From NCBI GenBank assembly GCA_965228475.1, contig OZ245817.1, positions 1,344,001 through 1,408,000 of the forward strand: a DNA stretch of 64,000 bases. Reading direction: 5' to 3'. This stretch comes from Myxococcota bacterium. GTDB taxonomy: Bacteria; Myxococcota_A; UBA9160; JAFDDA01. The notes beneath the pieces were generated by a model. That model was not told the origin of the DNA. It made no database searches and worked only from the letters and a program-made list of their open reading frames with translations. Both the position numbers and the translations under genes were made by a program. Positions 50,265 to 60,054 of the stretch are shown here, piece after piece; position 1 is the stretch's first letter; each line of letters opens with the position of its first letter.

Positions 50265-53200
50265 ATGGTGCGTGCCGTCGCCATGTTGCAGCGCCTGGGG
50301 TTCGATCGGCACGAGAGCCGCGTGCTCGTGTGGGGAGCGATCACGCTCTTCCTCACGGGGTGGGCAGACGTTTCTCTGAAGAACGTCTCGGAAGCCTACT
50401 TCGTGAACAGCGTCGGACCCGAGCGGCTTCCCCTCGTGTTCCTCGCCAGTTCGGCCCTCCTGGTCGGGACGACGTGGGCTCTGGGCATCCTGATGGCTCG
50501 GAGCCAGCGGCTGCGTCTCCTGCCGCGCCTGCTCGGTGTGCTGGCCGTCGCGATCCTTCCCCTGTGGTGGCTGATCCTGAACCACGAGGGTGGAACGGAC
50601 CGCGAGATCAAGAGCGCCTACGGCCTGCTCCTGATCGCCTCGAAGCAGGTCCAGGCGCTGGCGCTCCTGTCGTTCTGGGCCGCCATCAACGATCTGGTGA
50701 ACGCCCGCCAGGCCAAGCGGGTGTTCGCTCCGCTGATGGCCGGCTGGACGCTGGGAACGATCCTCGGAAGCTTCGCATCGGATCCGCTCGCGGGCTGGCT
50801 GGGCGTTCCGGCGCTGGTCCCCGTCTCATCGGCAATGCTGATCCTCGCGGGCGTCGCGACCTATCCGCTCCGCCGCGGGCTGCCTACCCGGCTCCACGTC
50901 GGCACGCGACGACGCCTCCTCGACCTCGTGCGACCCAAGGAAGAGCGCTCGGTGTTCGGCGCGGGCGCGACGGGGTCGCCGGAGGCCGGAAGCGCCGAGG
51001 CCCCGGCGAGCGTGCGCGCGCTCTGGCGGGAGAGTGCCCTGTTCCGGCTGCTCTTCGTCACGGTGCTGCTGTCCGGGATGCTCGGCCCGATGCTCTATTT
51101 CCAGTTCCAGTGGGTCGCGGATGCGGCGACACCGGAAGGCGACGAGGGCCTGGAAGGCCTCCTCCATCTCTACTCGCTCTTCCGCGGCTGGGTGAACGTC
51201 GCCATCCTCGTCGCTCAGCTCACGGTCACCTCGACGCTCTACCGTCGTTTCGGAATCCCGCTGTCCGTCCTGATCTCGCCGCTCACCTATCTCGCCGGCT
51301 TCTTCGGGCTCTCCCGGAGCTTCGCGCTGCCGATGGGCATCGGTGCGATGTCGCTGACGAAGCTCCAGGACAACGCCGTCTTCGATCCGGCCTCCCGGGT
51401 GCTCTACAACCTCTTCCCGGACCGCCACCGGGCCCGTGCCGGGTCCTTCCTCGACGGCCCCGTGAAGCGGGGCGCCGGGGCGCTCGGCAACCTCGTGGTG
51501 ATCGTCGCACTCGAGGCCGCGTCCGTTGCCTACGTCGGCGTGGCCGGCATCGGCCTCGCGCTGATCTGGCTGCTCGCGGCGGTCGTGCTCTGGCAGACCT
51601 ATCCGCGCCTGCTGCTCGCGGCCGCGTCGAACCGCCGGACGTCGGGCGGCGAGTGGGAAGAGGGCATGCTCGACCCCTCGACGGTGCGCGCCCTGAACCC
51701 GCATCTGCTCGACCCCGACCCCGGGCGCTGTGCCCTGGCCATCGGCCTGCTCGAGGAGGCGCGCCCCGAGCTGGCGATCCCCGCGCTCGTGCACGCCTAC
51801 GGAGGGGCCCACGGGGCAACGCGCCCCCTCCTCCTCACGGCGCTCGAGGATGCGCTCGACAAGACGGTCACGACGCCGGTGCGCGACGCCGCGGCGGCCG
51901 CCGAGCTCGACCGGATTCTCGCCGAGACGCCGGATCTCCCGGCCCTCGACCGCTCCCGGCTCGTGCAGTGCTACGGCCGCGTGAGGCCGGAGGACGACCG
52001 CTCGCCGCTGCTCACCCACGCCCTCCACCACGAGGTCGCGAGCGTCCGCCTCGCCGCCGCGGGTGCCCTCGATCACGACGACCTCGACGACCGCCTGCGC
52101 GAGGCCGCGGCCAGCAGCGACCTCGCCGAACGCACCATCGCCCGCCGCGAGCTGCGCGCCGCGCTCCTGTGCGACGCCGAGGATCCGGCCTGGGAACAGC
52201 GGCTCGCGATGCTCGTCGCCATGCTCGACGACCCGGAGGAGCGCCGCCCCGCAGCGGAGGCCCTGGCCGACGTCGCGCGCCGCCACGGCGAGCGCGTCGT
52301 GCCGATCACCGAGGCCGTGCTCGAGCGGCGACACGAGACCGACGTCGCGACGCGCCGCGCGCTGCTGCGCTTCGCCGGCCACGCGGGCTGCGTCGAGCAC
52401 GCGGGCTGGCTGGTCGACCACCTCGCGTCGGACGACGAGTCCGAGGCCGATGCCGCCCGCGAAGGTCTGGTCGCCATGGGGGCCGGCATCACCGACATCC
52501 TGTTGAAGGAGGCGTCCCACGGCCGGCGCAGCAAGCGCGATGCGATCCTGCCGCTCCTGCGCGACCTCCACGTCGACCAGGACGAACTCTGGGAACTCTA
52601 CGAGCGCGAGCTCGCCGGCATCCGCAAGCTCATCGTCCAGCACCACGTGATGCGCGCGACGCCGGGCCTCGAGCTGCTCGAGCAGCGGCTCGACGAGCGC
52701 ATCGACGAAGGCCTGCACACGGCGCTCCTGCTGCTCGCCGGCCTGCGGGACCGGGACGAGTACGAGAGCCTCGCCGAGAGCCTCCCCGGCACGCCGAGCG
52801 GCCGGCGCCGGGCGACCCTGGTCGAGGTGCTCGAGGAGATCGCGACCGCCCGCGAAAAGACCGAGCTCCTGCCGTTGTTGGACGAGGATCTCGACAAGCG
52901 CTGCGCCCGGGCCGCCGGCGCGCTCGGCATCCTCGTCCCGAGCGACGAAGAGGTCCTCCAGCAGACCATGAAGAGCTCCGACGAGCTGACCCGCGTGCTG
53001 GTTGCCGGTTGCCTGCGGACGCTCGGCATGGGGCCCGTGCCCGGTGCGGCGCCCGGCGCAGTTCCATTGGCTCCCTCCGCCGATCTGGAGGAAACTGCGG
53101 ACGTGCTGAGCCCCACGGAGATCGCGCTGCAGCTCAAGGGTCTGCCCATGTTCGATGGGCTCACGACCCGGCAGCTCATGGACCTCGCCCAGGTGGTGAG

Positions 53201-53534
53201 CGAAGTGACCCATGCGCCCGACGCCACCGTCGTCAGCGAGGGCGGCATGAACGAGAGCATGTTCCTGATCGTGGACGGCAAGGTCGAGGTGCGGAAGCAG
53301 GGCCGGCGGGTCGCCGAGCTCGGCCCGGGCGAGTTCTTCGGGGAGATGTCGGTGCTCGAGCGCGCGCGCCCGAGCGCCGACGTGATCACCACGGAGACGG
53401 CGCGCCTGCTCTGCCTTCAGCGCGCGGATCTCTTCCGCCTGATGGAAGAGTTCCCGACCATCCCGATCATCATGTGCCAGACGCTCTCGCGCCGGATGCG
53501 CGAGCTGCTCGAGACGCGCTCCGAGCCTGCCTAG
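50265..53534 (+). CDS. Npt/TLC-family transporter fused to HEAT-like repeats and a C-terminal cyclic-nucleotide-binding domain
   Basis: About 12 TM segments with FWAAINDL...QAKRVF; helical repeat middle; FLIVDGKVEV...LGPGEFFGEMSVLERARPSADV (cNMP). Confidence 0.85.
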   Translation: MVRAVAMLQRLGFDRHESRVLVWGAITLFLTGWADVSLKNVSEAYFVNSVGPERLPLVFLASSALLVGTTWALGILMARSQRLRLLPRLLGVLAVAILPLWWLILNHEGGTDREIKSAYGLLLIASKQVQALALLSFWAAINDLVNARQAKRVFAPLMAGWTLGTILGSFASDPLAGWLGVPALVPVSSAMLILAGVATYPLRRGLPTRLHVGTRRRLLDLVRPKEERSVFGAGATGSPEAGSAEAPASVRALWRESALFRLLFVTVLLSGMLGPMLYFQFQWVADAATPEGDEGLEGLLHLYSLFRGWVNVAILVAQLTVTSTLYRRFGIPLSVLISPLTYLAGFFGLSRSFALPMGIGAMSLTKLQDNAVFDPASRVLYNLFPDRHRARAGSFLDGPVKRGAGALGNLVVIVALEAASVAYVGVAGIGLALIWLLAAVVLWQTYPRLLLAAASNRRTSGGEWEEGMLDPSTVRALNPHLLDPDPGRCALAIGLLEEARPELAIPALVHAYGGAHGATRPLLLTALEDALDKTVTTPVRDAAAAAELDRILAETPDLPALDRSRLVQCYGRVRPEDDRSPLLTHALHHEVASVRLAAAGALDHDDLDDRLREAAASSDLAERTIARRELRAALLCDAEDPAWEQRLAMLVAMLDDPEERRPAAEALADVARRHGERVVPITEAVLERRHETDVATRRALLRFAGHAGCVEHAGWLVDHLASDDESEADAAREGLVAMGAGITDILLKEASHGRRSKRDAILPLLRDLHVDQDELWELYERELAGIRKLIVQHHVMRATPGLELLEQRLDERIDEGLHTALLLLAGLRDRDEYESLAESLPGTPSGRRRATLVEVLEEIATAREKTELLPLLDEDLDKRCARAAGALGILVPSDEEVLQQTMKSSDELTRVLVAGCLRTLGMGPVPGAAPGAVPLAPSADLEETADVLSPTEIALQLKGLPMFDGLTTRQLMDLAQVVSEVTHAPDATVVSEGGMNESMFLIVDGKVEVRKQGRRVAELGPGEFFGEMSVLERARPSADVITTETARLLCLQRADLFRLMEEFPTIPIIMCQTLSRRMRELLETRSEPA

Positions 53535-53569
53535 GGCCCGAAGCGCGTCTCGCAAACCGTGGCCATCGC

Positions 53570-54409
53570 TTAGTTGAGATTGATGACGGTGCCGGAACCG
53601 GTGTTACCACCCGGCGCGGGCGGGTCCGGATCGACGGTCGGGTCCACCGGGTCGAACTCCGGAATGAACGGATCCTCGAGCTCGTCGTCGTCGTACGGCT
53701 CGCCCGGATCGTTCCCCGGGTCGGTCGGATCGTTGCCGGTCGTCGAGGAAGAGTCCCCGCCGCCCGCCACGTCGTCGTCGAGGGGCTGATCGAAGTCGTC
53801 GCCGTTGCCGGCCTGGAAGGGGTCGGCCGGATTCCGGAACGGGTCGCCCGGCGCCTTGTCGCCGTAGGCGACGACGCAGAAGCCCGGGCGCGGCTCGGCG
53901 GTCCCGTACTCGTTCTTGACGACGATGCCGCCCGAGATCAGGCAGGCTTCCCACTCGCCGCTCGTGCTGCCCTTGCGCACCTCGAAGTCCGTGCCCTTCA
54001 CGCCGACGGCGGCGGTCGGGGTGTGCACCTCGATCTTGGTGCTTCCGCCGAAGGCGTCGCCCACGGTCGCGCGCAGGCGGCCCCGCACCTGACGCAGGAT
54101 CGAGACTTCCTTCGTGGCGGCGGCGCCGACGTGGAAGGTCTCGATGCGAAGCTCGGTGTCTTCGTCGATCTGGAGCAGGGTGTCGTCGGTGAGGACGATC
54201 TTGGCGCTCGAGTCGAGGCCCGTGCGGATCCGGTCGCCGATCGCGACGGAGCCGTCGCGCTGGGCGGCGGCGAACACGCCGGTGCCGTTGTCGATCTGGA
54301 CGTCGCCGTTGGCGGCGGCGAGGAAGCCGATGTCCTTCGCCGAGGCCAGGCCCGAGAGGCCGAGGGCCGCGGCGGCGATGAGGCTCGTAGCGAGAGAGTT
54401 GCGACGCAC
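53570..54409 (-). CDS. Exported FecR-domain protein with an acidic Pro/Asp-rich tail
   Basis: GTG start with a GGAGG RBS, signal peptide, GDRIRTG, TPTAAVGVKGTDF. Confidence 0.85.
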   Translation of the reverse strand: MRRNSLATSLIAAAALGLSGLASAKDIGFLAAANGDVQIDNGTGVFAAAQRDGSVAIGDRIRTGLDSSAKIVLTDDTLLQIDEDTELRIETFHVGAAATKEVSILRQVRGRLRATVGDAFGGSTKIEVHTPTAAVGVKGTDFEVRKGSTSGEWEACLISGGIVVKNEYGTAEPRPGFCVVAYGDKAPGDPFRNPADPFQAGNGDDFDQPLDDDVAGGGDSSSTTGNDPTDPGNDPGEPYDDDELEDPFIPEFDPVDPTVDPDPPAPGGNTGSGTVINLN

Positions 54410-54574
54410 GATGGTTCCTCCGGTCCGGCCTTCCTGGGCCGGGATGCTCACTCCGGCACGATCCATTGCCGGGTCTGTCGTTCGTGCACGTCCGACGCCG
54501 CGGGGTGTCACGAATTCAGGAAAGGGCCGATCCGTTGGCGTTTCGCCCCGGCAGGCCACCCGCAGCCGGCCTGC

Positions 54575-55870
54575 TCAAACGGCCGAGATCTTAGGGAAAT
54601 TCCGCCCGATGGCGAAGATGAGGCCCATCAGCCGCACCATCTCGGCGTTCAGGATGGGTTTCCCGCTCGTCAGGACCGCGGCGGAGAGGTCCCGCTCGGG
54701 GTCGGCCCAGGAGAAGATGTTCGTGTAGCCGAGGTGGCCGAAGGCGTGGGGCGTGTCCCAGCCGAACAAGGAGACCGGCCACTGCCCGAGCATGAAGCCG
54801 AGGCCGTACCGGATGGGGGCGCCGAGGGTGAGGTCGAGCTCCCAGTAGCTCTGCTCGACCGTCGCGCGGTGCACGGTGCGCGGTTCGAAGATGGACTGGC
54901 CGCGGAACTGCCCTTCGTCGAGCAGGCATTGGTAGAAGGCCGAGAGCTCCTCGGCCGTCGCCACGCCGTTGGCGGCCGGGGCGATGCCAGCGAGGAAGCG
55001 CGGGTCCGAGGCCATGGGGATCACGTCCTCGTAGCCGACGCCGAGCGCGCGGCGCAGGAGCTGGGCCACCGGCGGGCCGGGCGGGAGGCCGGTGACGGCG
55101 TCCTCCGCGAGCTTGGGCGCGTCCTCGGGTGAGCAGCCGTAGTTCAGGAAACGCAGGCCGAGGGGGTCGCCGATCTCCTTGCGCAGCACTTCGCGGATGT
55201 CCTGCCCCGTCGCGCGCCGCACCACCTCTCCGAGAACGAATCCGCCGGTCACGGCGTGGTAGGCGAGGCGCCGCCCGGGCCGCATCAAGAGCGGCATCTC
55301 GGCGATCAGGGCGAGGATCTCCTCGGGCCGTTCGAGCAGCTCGAGATCCATCGCTCCGGGAGGAACGTTGGCGATGCCCGCCCGGTGCGCGAGCACGTGG
55401 GCCAGCGTGATCAGCTCCTTGTCCGGGCGCCGGAACTCCGGGAGGTAGTCGCAGACGCGGTCGTCGATGTGGAGCACGCCCTGGTCGTCGAGCTTGTGCA
55501 GGATCATGGCCGTGATGGCCTTGCTCGCGGAGTAGATGCGGAAGGGCGTGTCGGTCGTGGCCGGGATGCGCTCGGCGTCCGGGGCCGCGTCCGGCGTGCC
55601 TCCGCGCGCGTAGCCGAGGGCGCGGTTCAGGACGATCGCGCCGCGGCGCCGGATGCAGATCTGCACGGCCGGGTAGAGCCCCGTCCGGTAGAGGTCCCGC
55701 GCCGCGTCGAAGACGGACTCGACGGCGTGCTTGCTCGTTCCGCCGTCCGAGGGCGCGGACTCCGGCCCGATGCTCGTGACCGCGTCGAGGTCCGAGGGGA
55801 TGCGACAGAGCCGCTTGAAGGGGCGCGTCGGAAGGGTGGCGGCGCGGAGCGCTGCGTCGGTCCAGTCCAT
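54575..55870 (-). CDS. Serine hydrolase/esterase (class C beta-lactamase fold, LipE-like), no signal peptide
   Basis: SASK, VLAHRAG, YHA, FGHLG, WADPER. Confidence 0.88.
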   Translation of the reverse strand: MDWTDAALRAATLPTRPFKRLCRIPSDLDAVTSIGPESAPSDGGTSKHAVESVFDAARDLYRTGLYPAVQICIRRRGAIVLNRALGYARGGTPDAAPDAERIPATTDTPFRIYSASKAITAMILHKLDDQGVLHIDDRVCDYLPEFRRPDKELITLAHVLAHRAGIANVPPGAMDLELLERPEEILALIAEMPLLMRPGRRLAYHAVTGGFVLGEVVRRATGQDIREVLRKEIGDPLGLRFLNYGCSPEDAPKLAEDAVTGLPPGPPVAQLLRRALGVGYEDVIPMASDPRFLAGIAPAANGVATAEELSAFYQCLLDEGQFRGQSIFEPRTVHRATVEQSYWELDLTLGAPIRYGLGFMLGQWPVSLFGWDTPHAFGHLGYTNIFSWADPERDLSAAVLTSGKPILNAEMVRLMGLIFAIGRNFPKISAV

Positions 55871-55928
55871 GGCGCGAGGATACGCCAGCGGGCGCCGGCC
55901 GGCCCAGGCGGGCCGAAGGGCGGGGCGG

Positions 55929-56624
55929 CTAGCGCGCGAGCAGCGGCTGCCAGGCGCTTCGCACGGCGTCCCGGCCGCCCGCCGCGCAGACCTCGCCGTG
56001 GGTCACGACGACCCGGTCGAAGTCCCAGCGGAGGATCGTTTCGAGGCTCGTCCGGAGTGCGGACCGGTCTCGCACGAGGGAGCGGATCAGCCGTGAGGTG
56101 CGGACGCCGCCCGCGAGACCCATCCCCCGTACGAAGAGCTTCGTCAGGAAACCGCCCGGGAGCTCGGGGAAGTTCATCGCGAGGTCCGTGAGCAGGAGGG
56201 TGCGGCTCGGGCGGTGGAGGAACACCGCCTCGTTCACGTGGGGGATGCCGCCGACGAGGGTCTGGTCGAGCGTGTCGGCCCAGTCCGGCGGCGGGTCGGC
56301 GGTGAGCGTCCGGTGGAAGACGAGGTCCCGCCGCTTCTCGGCCAGGCCCGGCGCGCCGTAGAGCGTGGCGTCCGGGAAGCGCTCGGTCCAGGGCGCGAGC
56401 CAGAGGTGATGGACCTTGTTCGGCGCGACGAGGAACGCCGTCGGGCCGAGGGCGCCGAGCTCCTCGGCGAGGGCCTCGTCGAAGGGGATCGGGGAGTGCA
56501 GGAAGAGGCCGCCGCCCGGCAGCACGACCACGGTCATGCGTGTGCCGATCTCGACGCCCGCGATGCGGCGCGGCCCGTCGACGAGGTAGAGGCCCTCGGC
56601 CAGCGCTTCGAGGCGCGGGCCCAT
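55929..56624 (-). CDS. DUF4336 family protein (metallo-beta-lactamase-like fold)
   Basis: RMTVV, HSP, APNKVHHL, EAVFLH..SRTLLLTDL, WDFDRVVVTHG. Confidence 0.82.
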   Translation of the reverse strand: MGPRLEALAEGLYLVDGPRRIAGVEIGTRMTVVVLPGGGLFLHSPIPFDEALAEELGALGPTAFLVAPNKVHHLWLAPWTERFPDATLYGAPGLAEKRRDLVFHRTLTADPPPDWADTLDQTLVGGIPHVNEAVFLHRPSRTLLLTDLAMNFPELPGGFLTKLFVRGMGLAGGVRTSRLIRSLVRDRSALRTSLETILRWDFDRVVVTHGEVCAAGGRDAVRSAWQPLLAR

Positions 56625-56627
56625 CGC

Positions 56628-57419
56628 CTAGCGGTCTCGGAAGTCGGGTTTGCGCTTCTCGAGGAAGGCGCGCAGGCCCTCCTGCGCGTCCTCGGTCTGG
56701 GAGGCGGCCGCCATGACCTCGCCGGCGTGGTCGTAGGCGGCGCGGGTGTCGAGGTCGATCTGGCGATAGAAGGCGCGTTTTCCTGTCGCCTTCGCGAGCC
56801 GGCTGCCGCGGGTGGCCCGGGCGAGCAGGGCGCGCGTCTCCCGCGCCACCTCGCCGTCCTCCACCACGCGGTTCACGAGGCCCCAGGCGTGGGCGGTCTC
56901 GGCGTCGATCGGGTCGCCGGTGAGGAGCATCTCGAGGGCGTGCTTGCGCCCGACGGCCCGGGCGAGGGCGACGCCGGGCGTGGTGCAGAACCAGCCGCCG
57001 CGGCCGCCCGGCACCGCGAAGCGCGAACTCCGGCCGCAGACGGCGAGGTCGCAGGTCGAGACGAGCTGGCAGCCGGCGGCGGTGGCGAGGCCTTCGACCT
57101 GGGCGATCACGGGTTGGGGCATCGACTGCACGAGCTGCATCATCTCGGCGCAGACGTCGAGCAGGCGCTGCATCTCGGGGAGCTTCCGCCCGTCCATGTC
57201 CGCGAAGTCGTGGCCGGCCGAGAACACCGGGCCTTCGGCAGCGACGACGAGGCCGCGCGCATCGCCCCCGGCGACTTCGCGCAGGGCCGCGAGGATCTCC
57301 CGGATCACGCTCTCGGCCAGGGCGTTGCGTCGCTCGGGGTTCGCCAGGGTGAGGACGGCGAAGTCGTCCTCGCGGGTCAGGCGGATGCTCTCGAAGCTCA
57401 TGCCGGTCTCCTCGCTCAT
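56628..57419 (-). CDS. Enoyl-CoA hydratase/isomerase family protein (alternative start 57401)
   Basis: RNAL, FSAGHD, PVIAQV.GLATAAGCQL, EMLLTG, AFLEKR. Confidence 0.92.
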   Translation of the reverse strand: MSEETGMSFESIRLTREDDFAVLTLANPERRNALAESVIREILAALREVAGGDARGLVVAAEGPVFSAGHDFADMDGRKLPEMQRLLDVCAEMMQLVQSMPQPVIAQVEGLATAAGCQLVSTCDLAVCGRSSRFAVPGGRGGWFCTTPGVALARAVGRKHALEMLLTGDPIDAETAHAWGLVNRVVEDGEVARETRALLARATRGSRLAKATGKRAFYRQIDLDTRAAYDHAGEVMAAASQTEDAQEGLRAFLEKRKPDFRDR

Positions 57420-57444
57420 GCCGGTGTCTTCGGGTTCGCCGGGG

Positions 57445-58941
57445 CTACGGGCGCTCGGCGGCGAGCAGGTGGACGGCCAGGTCCCTGCGCTCTTCCGCGT
57501 CGAGCGGGAAGACCGGCATCGGCGGCGGCGGGGTCGCGAGCAGGCTCGCCAGGGCGTCGACGTCGAAGCGCGCGGCGAGGCCCACGAGCGGCTTCACGAC
57601 CACGCCCTCGGCCGCCTGCGAATCGACGTGGCAGCTCCCGCACGCGTGTTCGTCGAACAGGGCCCGGCCGCGCTCGGCGCGGGCCGCTCGCTCCTCGGCC
57701 GGGAGGCCCGCGAGCGGGTCGCTCCCGCGCACGGTCGCCGCCGCCGCGCCCCCGGCGCGGCGCCCGGCCTCGCCGTAGGCGATCCGGTAGATGGCGCCCG
57801 CGTAGTCGTCCGAGACGTAGAAGGCGCCGTCCGGCCCCTCGGCCACGTCGACGGGCCGGCCGATCACGTCCTCGTCGCGCTCGAAGCCGACGGCGAAGTC
57901 CCGCTCCTCGATCCCGTCGGGCGTCCAGTGCAGGGAGACGACGCTGTAGCCGTCCTTGCTCGTGCGATTCCAGGAGCCGTGCAGGGCGACCAGCGCGGCC
58001 CCGCGGTACTCGGCCGGCACGGCGGACCCGCGAACGAAGGTCATGCCGAGCGGCGCGTTGTGGGCGCGGAACCCGTGGGCGGGCGAGACCACGGCGGCGG
58101 GCCGGTCCGGGTGCTCGCCGAAGTCCGGGTCGGTGACGCCGTCGCCGTTCACGAAGGGCCAGCCGTAGTGCTGGCCGCGCTCGACGCGGTTCAGCTCGCA
58201 GGGCGGGAAGTCGTCGCCGAGCAGATCGCGGCCGTTGTCCGTGGCGTAGAGCGCGCCCGTCCCCGGCTGCCAGTCGAAGCCCGCCGAGTTGCGCAGGCCG
58301 CTCGCGTAGATCTCGGCCCCGCTGCCGTCGGCCTCGAAGCGCAGCATGGCCGCACGCCGCGGGTCTTCCTCGATGCAGACGTTGCAGTCCGAGCCGACGG
58401 AGACGTAGAGCCCGCCGTCGGGCCCGATCCGGACGGTCCGGGTCCAGTGGTTTCCGGCCGCGGGGAGGTCCGGCACCAGGATCTCGAGGGCTCCCGTGGC
58501 CTGGCCGGTCTCGGCATCGAAGCGGACGCGGGAGACGGCGCCGGTCTCGCCGACGTAGAGCCAGCCCTCGTGGAGGTCGAGCCCGTGGGGCCGGTCGAGG
58601 CCCTCGAGCACCGGGGCGCGGCCATCGCTTCGGCCGTCGCCATCGCGGTCCGGGGAGAGCCGGACGATCTCGCCGGCACGCGGCCGGCTCGCCAGCAGGT
58701 CGCCGCTTTCGGTGAAGCGGAGGAACCGGACGCCCGGCAGGCCCTCGGCGAAGACCGAGAGCGAGAAGCCGGGCGGAAGCTCGATCCGCTGGGCAAGAAG
58801 GGAGGCCTCGGCGGGCGGCCCGGCCCGGCCGAACAGGAGCTGACCGAGCGGGGCGTTCACTGCGTACTTCTCGGGCAGGAGGGCACACGCGAAGACGAAC
58901 GCTGCCCCCACCGCCGCGACCCCGATCGCCAATCGTTTCAA
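57445..58941 (-). CDS. PQQ-dependent sugar (sorbosone-type) dehydrogenase fused to a C-terminal cytochrome c
   Basis: TTG start with a GGAGG RBS, membrane anchor, [32 protein letters not shown] heme motif with distal PMP. Confidence 0.85.
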   Translation of the reverse strand: MKRLAIGVAAVGAAFVFACALLPEKYAVNAPLGQLLFGRAGPPAEASLLAQRIELPPGFSLSVFAEGLPGVRFLRFTESGDLLASRPRAGEIVRLSPDRDGDGRSDGRAPVLEGLDRPHGLDLHEGWLYVGETGAVSRVRFDAETGQATGALEILVPDLPAAGNHWTRTVRIGPDGGLYVSVGSDCNVCIEEDPRRAAMLRFEADGSGAEIYASGLRNSAGFDWQPGTGALYATDNGRDLLGDDFPPCELNRVERGQHYGWPFVNGDGVTDPDFGEHPDRPAAVVSPAHGFRAHNAPLGMTFVRGSAVPAEYRGAALVALHGSWNRTSKDGYSVVSLHWTPDGIEERDFAVGFERDEDVIGRPVDVAEGPDGAFYVSDDYAGAIYRIAYGEAGRRAGGAAAATVRGSDPLAGLPAEERAARAERGRALFDEHACGSCHVDSQAAEGVVVKPLVGLAARFDVDALASLLATPPPPMPVFPLDAEERRDLAVHLLAAERP

Positions 58942-59100
58942 GCCAGCCCCTCCGGCGCTCTCGAGACCGGAGGATCCTATCCCAGCCGGCCCAGCTGGCC
59001 GCCCGAAAGGCGAAGGCCCCGCGGGGAGATCCGCCTCCAGGGGTTGACGGGACGCGCCGTCTGGCGCACACCTACTCCCCTTCCCAACGGGGTGTTTTTC

Positions 59101-59427
59101 ATGGGCTTTCGAATTCGCAAGGGCGACCTGGTGGCCGTCACCACGGGCGCGGACAAGGGCAAGCAGGGGCGCGTGATCGCGGTCGATCCGGAGCGCGGCG
59201 TGCGCGTCGAACAGGTCCGCCTGCAGAAGCGCCACCTCAAGGCCGGCCGCGCGGCCGCGAAGACCGGCGGCATCGTCGAGCAGGAAGGCTACATCCACGC
59301 CTCGAACGTCATGCTCGTCGATCCCTCGACGAACCAGCCGAGCCGCGTGCGCATGGAAACGCGCGACGGCCAGCGCGTGCGCGTGTTCGCCAAGAGCGGC
59401 GAGCCGGTGCCCGGGGCGGGGAGCTAG
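59101..59427 (+). CDS. rplX: 50S ribosomal protein L24
   Basis: [21 protein letters not shown] (KOW), [17 protein letters not shown]. Confidence 0.93.
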   Translation: MGFRIRKGDLVAVTTGADKGKQGRVIAVDPERGVRVEQVRLQKRHLKAGRAAAKTGGIVEQEGYIHASNVMLVDPSTNQPSRVRMETRDGQRVRVFAKSGEPVPGAGS

Positions 59428-59429
59428 TC

Positions 59430-59600
59430 ATGGCGAAGAAGGGCAAGCGCGAGAAGATCAAGCTCGAGTCCTCGGCGGGGACCGGCCACTTCTACACGAC
59501 CATCAAGAACAAGCAGAACACGCCCGGCAAGGTCGAGCTGAAGAAGTACGATCCCGTCGTGCGCAAGCACGTCGCCTACAAAGAAACCAAGCTCAAGTAG
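59430..59600 (+). CDS. rpmG: 50S ribosomal protein L33 (Zn-free, C-minus type); below the ORF-track cutoff
   Basis: [56 protein letters not shown]. Confidence 0.96.
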   Translation: MAKKGKREKIKLESSAGTGHFYTTIKNKQNTPGKVELKKYDPVVRKHVAYKETKLK

Positions 59601-59685
59601 CACCCGCGAGCTTTCACCGGAGCGCGCGACGGCGGCGCTTCGACCGAACGAAACCCTGCTCCAGTAGCGCCCCGAAGGAAGACGA

Positions 59686-60036
59686 ATGGCCTGGGTCATC
59701 ACGAAGCTTTGCATTGATTGCGTGGACCAGAGCTGCGTCGAGGTTTGCCCCGTCGACTGCATCTACGAGTACACCGGTGACGACAAGGGGAGCTTCCCGA
59801 ACCAGCTCTTCATCGACCCGGAAGAGTGCATCAACTGCGGCGTGTGCGAGCCCGAGTGCCCGTGGGAAGCGATCTTCGAGGACGAGCAGGTGCCGGACGT
59901 GTTCCAGGCGGACATCCAGGTGAACGCCGGCATCGCCGAGCAGGCGGATGACCGGGCGGTTCCCGAGAAGGAAGACAAGCCGCGGCCGGCGCCGGAGGAG
60001 ATCGAGAAGAACAAGGCGAAGTGGAACTACGCCTAG
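59686..60036 (+). CDS. Dicluster ferredoxin (FdxA/7Fe-type)
   Basis: [17 protein letters not shown] and [12 protein letters not shown]. Confidence 0.92.
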   Translation: MAWVITKLCIDCVDQSCVEVCPVDCIYEYTGDDKGSFPNQLFIDPEECINCGVCEPECPWEAIFEDEQVPDVFQADIQVNAGIAEQADDRAVPEKEDKPRPAPEEIEKNKAKWNYA

Positions 60037-60054
60037 GTTCTTGATCGTTGCGCC

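Noticed and set aside
30480..55870. Four beta-lactamase-fold genes as an antibiotic-resistance island
   Set aside because: Motifs fit general serine hydrolases or PBP-like proteins; no mobility genes; they are dispersed.
57396..57431. 18-bp imperfect tandem repeat at the enoyl-CoA hydratase start
   Set aside because: Only creates two alternative ATGs; no further significance evident.
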